Origin: Halocafeteria seosinensis
Taxonomy: Eukaryota
Assembly (NCBI GenBank): GCA_001687465.1
Contig: LVLI01000172.1
Span: forward strand, 1-64,000
Reading direction: 5' to 3'
Length of the DNA stretch: 64,000 bases
A model generated the notes under the pieces. The model was given only the letters and a program-made list of their open reading frames with translations, did no database searches and had not been told where the DNA came from. Below are positions 60,793-64,000 of this stretch, piece after piece (position 1 is the first letter of the stretch; each line of letters opens with the position of its first letter). Position numbers and translations under genes: made by a program.

Positions 60793-62423
60793 GGCAGGTA
60801 TTGCAGAGAGCGCTGTGCCTTGTAGACCAATTGGGCTGCCGACAGAAGGAAGCACTAGCGAGATAGCGAGATTTTCTGGACTATTTAAGTCTTTCCAGTG
60901 GTATTGCGTAGCCAGTGGGTCCAAGTACCGTCCGCACTCGTGTTTCATCAGCTTAACTGTATAGACTGAGAAAGTCCGCCGCGATGCACTTTCAAAAAGC
61001 GTAACGAAAAGAGTCTGTACCCTTTGAAAGAACCGAATAGGTAGTGTTCTGCACCATTAACGTGGAAACAATAACGGATGAAAAAGTCTTCCATGAGTCT
61101 GTGTCGACAATACCCTCCGGTGCTAGTATTTGAGCCGTACCGACGAGGAATAGAATATTGAAGTTGATTGTGGAAACTACCGAATGGGCAATTCATTCAG
61201 AATACCAGATTCAGATGGCAATGGATTGTTTGTAGAAAGATGAGCTCTGCCAGAGTTTCGTACTTGTACTCATGTACTCTCGGAGCTAAGTACCGTAACT
61301 GCTTTGGAAAACCCTACGTAGTCAACTCCACCCCTACACGTACACTTGAATTGGCCGTCTCCTGCGAGTAAGATTACTCCAAGGTAAGCTTCATGATTAT
61401 GAACCCCCACATTGAACTTACCTGCATTGTATGGCTCAGTGGATATTCGGCAAATTGTAAATGACCGACCAACTAATCTCTGGCTAGTACCGGTAATGGC
61501 TAATGCATTGGCAGTGTAATATCAAGGACTGTTAACTTTTTGCTCAGGACTCTCGAAGCAGTAGAAATGAGTACCTGTGGCAATCAAGAGCAATCAAGAG
61601 CAATGTTAGGTATATGTTTCCGTGGGAATTCCTTAAATTCATATGCGAACGGCCAGCTAGGACTATTCTACTCTGTAGCTCAAGTTGGAAATTAGAAGTT
61701 GGCAGTGCACGTTTTACCCGACTAGTTCAACACGGTGATCCAAAATGCTTACGCTTGTTAGAGCATGCCCGATTTCGATCAACGAATATCACATACAGTA
61801 TACGAAGTGCCATTGTGAAATCCAGATTTGGAAGACATAGGATATGTGATTTAATGCAAGGGTTGATGAGCTCTAGCTTCGCGTTTACATGGTGAACTCT
61901 CCTCGCAAAGAGTACAATTACTACCAGAACTCGGAGAGGTTCTTACTAGACACTACTGCATGAAGCATCACTTCTCATAGAGCATCGATTCCCCCTAGAG
62001 TTGCATGATTCCATAGTGGATGGAAAGCGAATGCACGTTCCTTGCAATCTAGTTATTCTTTTTCGATGCGTTTGTCGAATGGAATGTTCTCAACTCGCAA
62101 CTATTATCATATACTATGCTTGAGTATGTATTCCGCTCTTGGAAGTACCGACAGGGCTCACTGGGTTCACTCTGTTGGCACGCATGGATTGAACGAAGAT
62201 ACTTACTTCATTTTCACCAGAGATGCTTTGCTGAAACATTAATATGACGATACCTTGGGCCATGGATAGAATCCAGTACGTATTTAATTACTGTTTTTGT
62301 ATCTAGCTGAGAGTTATTTGGATTATCTGGCGCGCTTTTCCGAGTGTGTCAGAACAAGTATCAGGGTGGCACCAGCCTAACAGAATTGGGCGGGCAAGCG
62401 AGTGTTTACTTGGAGTTCAAACG

Positions 62424-63096
62424 ATGGCGGCATCAGAACATAAAGCAAGGAATTCACCGTCCGTTAAACGAACCCGAGGTACGGTTCAACGAGCATGCGA
62501 GCCTTGTAATAAGCTCAAAAAGCGGTGTGACTCTGGGAGACCGTGTGAAGTGAGTGCGCTAGAATCAATTCATGATGAAGAATGTACGCTACAAAGGTCT
62601 ATCTTCTATACAGCGTTGTATACGTAGGGGTATGGAATCGGAATGTAAGGATATAGTGACGAAGGCGGAAGAGAAACGCAAGATCCGCCGAAACAGAGTG
62701 ATCGAAGCCGCAAGATCTGGCCTCTGGGGATATGAGAGTAGCCAACGGCTTTTACAGCAATTGGAAGAACCATATATAGCTACAGACGTGAATAGCCTTC
62801 TACAAGTGACCAATTCGCGAACAACCGCTGCGGTGCCGACCACGACGTACAGCACCACTACCACCCCCACTTCTTCCCTACAATCCCTAGCCGTATCTTC
62901 GGCGACTTCCGCTGAGGCATCTATATCAGAATTCATACCTCGAAATCGGACACTAATGGATGAGATTAACTATGAACTAGAGTGTCCGCTTTTTCCAGCA
63001 ACTGCTGATTCGGAAACGGAAACTTCTGGGGAATCCCGCGGATCGGTGACTCAAACGAGTCATGGGGTTCCTCCATCTGGAGGCGACTCACTCTGA
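62424..63096 (+). CDS. Zn(II)2Cys6 binuclear cluster transcription factor, copy 3
   Basis: Intron 62550-62613 joins RACEPCNKLKKRCDSGRPCE / RCIRRGMESEC, followed by TKAEEKR and a Ser/Thr-rich then acidic tail. Confidence 0.85.
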
Positions 63097-64000
63097 CGAT
63101 GCCAATAAACCGTCGTAATGCAAAGTCAGCCATACATTTGTATTTGGTGTGCTACACTAGTATGCACATTAAGAGACAAACAGCTGCATCTACCTTGTGT
63201 GCACCATTCGGCCATGAAACGGCGTGCTGTACGACTCCTGGGCTCCGGCGGACAGACTGGACGACGTCGCCGGCTGGTTTAGAAAAAATACACACGCTTG
63301 TCTGTCGCTTGTACTGGTGCTTTCTCTCGGACCGAGCCTTCTCTTTCATTCTGTCTAATTTTGCGTCACGGGCTGGGGATAGGCTAGACCGACATATGTA
63401 CCTTGCTAACGACAACAGCGAAATATCAATCCACAGAATCACAGTGGTACAGAATATATTTTACGATCTCATTCCTCTGAGTTAATCCATCGTCGATACA
63501 GTACAGTGTTATGCAGACCGTCACCACTAGCTTCTTGTGGAAGCTTCGACTGTTCATGGTATACTCCGGTCAGTCCGGTGTACTGTACCTGTTAATCGCC
63601 CTGACTAACAACTGAACCAAGGAGTATTACGTATCATACAAAATCAAATACCACATATTTAAGAGAGCATCGTGATATCTACTATCTGTTTAGAGACGAA
63701 AGTCAAATCTGGTGGTGTTTCGCGGGCGATGATGAATTTGAACATTCGTGCTACGGTGTAGTGACATGTGCGCTTGTACTCCCTGTCGGAGCATCCTTTG
63801 CCTAACGACCTTACCAAGTAGGAATATCAATGTCTTCTAAGATGTCAGCATGATTCTTCCGATAATGTTGCTCCCATCTGTTGGTCCAAAATCTTGGAGG
63901 ACATGTGACACTGTACCTACCGGCCTACCCATTGTTCCTTCGTACCCGTCGTTCACTGACCCGCTTGATTAATCAATCCCTGATATGATGTTGCATCTGT

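Noticed and set aside
61580..61604. gcaatcaaga tandem repeat (about 2.5 copies)
   Set aside because: Simple slippage repeat with no spacers, so not CRISPR-like.

Overview
Compact, intron-containing eukaryotic nuclear DNA using the standard code, with short GT-AG introns of mostly about 50-100 nt. The gene set (DNAL4, CCDC151/ODAD3, CDKL5-like, ENO4-like) indicates a flagellated protist. A plant/oomycete-type CCR4 without LRR suggests a stramenopile, but that is inference only. About 23 intact protein genes plus two probable pseudogenes, mostly alternating strands: a decayed P-loop NTPase, a DSC3-like UBL membrane protein, H2A.Z, HIRA, a GNAT protein, TRAPPC12-like, RNA Pol I RPA1, a small conserved spliced gene, FKBP, a Nup153/Nup60-like low-complexity protein, SMC3, ADAT2, a CDKL kinase, ENO4-like, TBC-PX, DNAL4, TspO, PNPOx, dynein LIC, CCDC151, AIF-like, CCR4 and three paralogous Zn(II)2Cys6 factors. 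The most notable observations are the local Zn2Cys6 family (shared intron; one copy is either frameshifted or rescued by a new intron), a Tudor/Agenet-like insertion in RPA1, an FG-less basket-nucleoporin candidate, an intronless TspO/PNPOx pair of possibly foreign origin, an ATG-only first exon in H2A.Z and a Crinkler-type NTPase relic. No tRNA, rRNA, CRISPR array or intact transposon could be supported. Gene models were spliced by eye and family calls come from remembered motifs; no searches were run.
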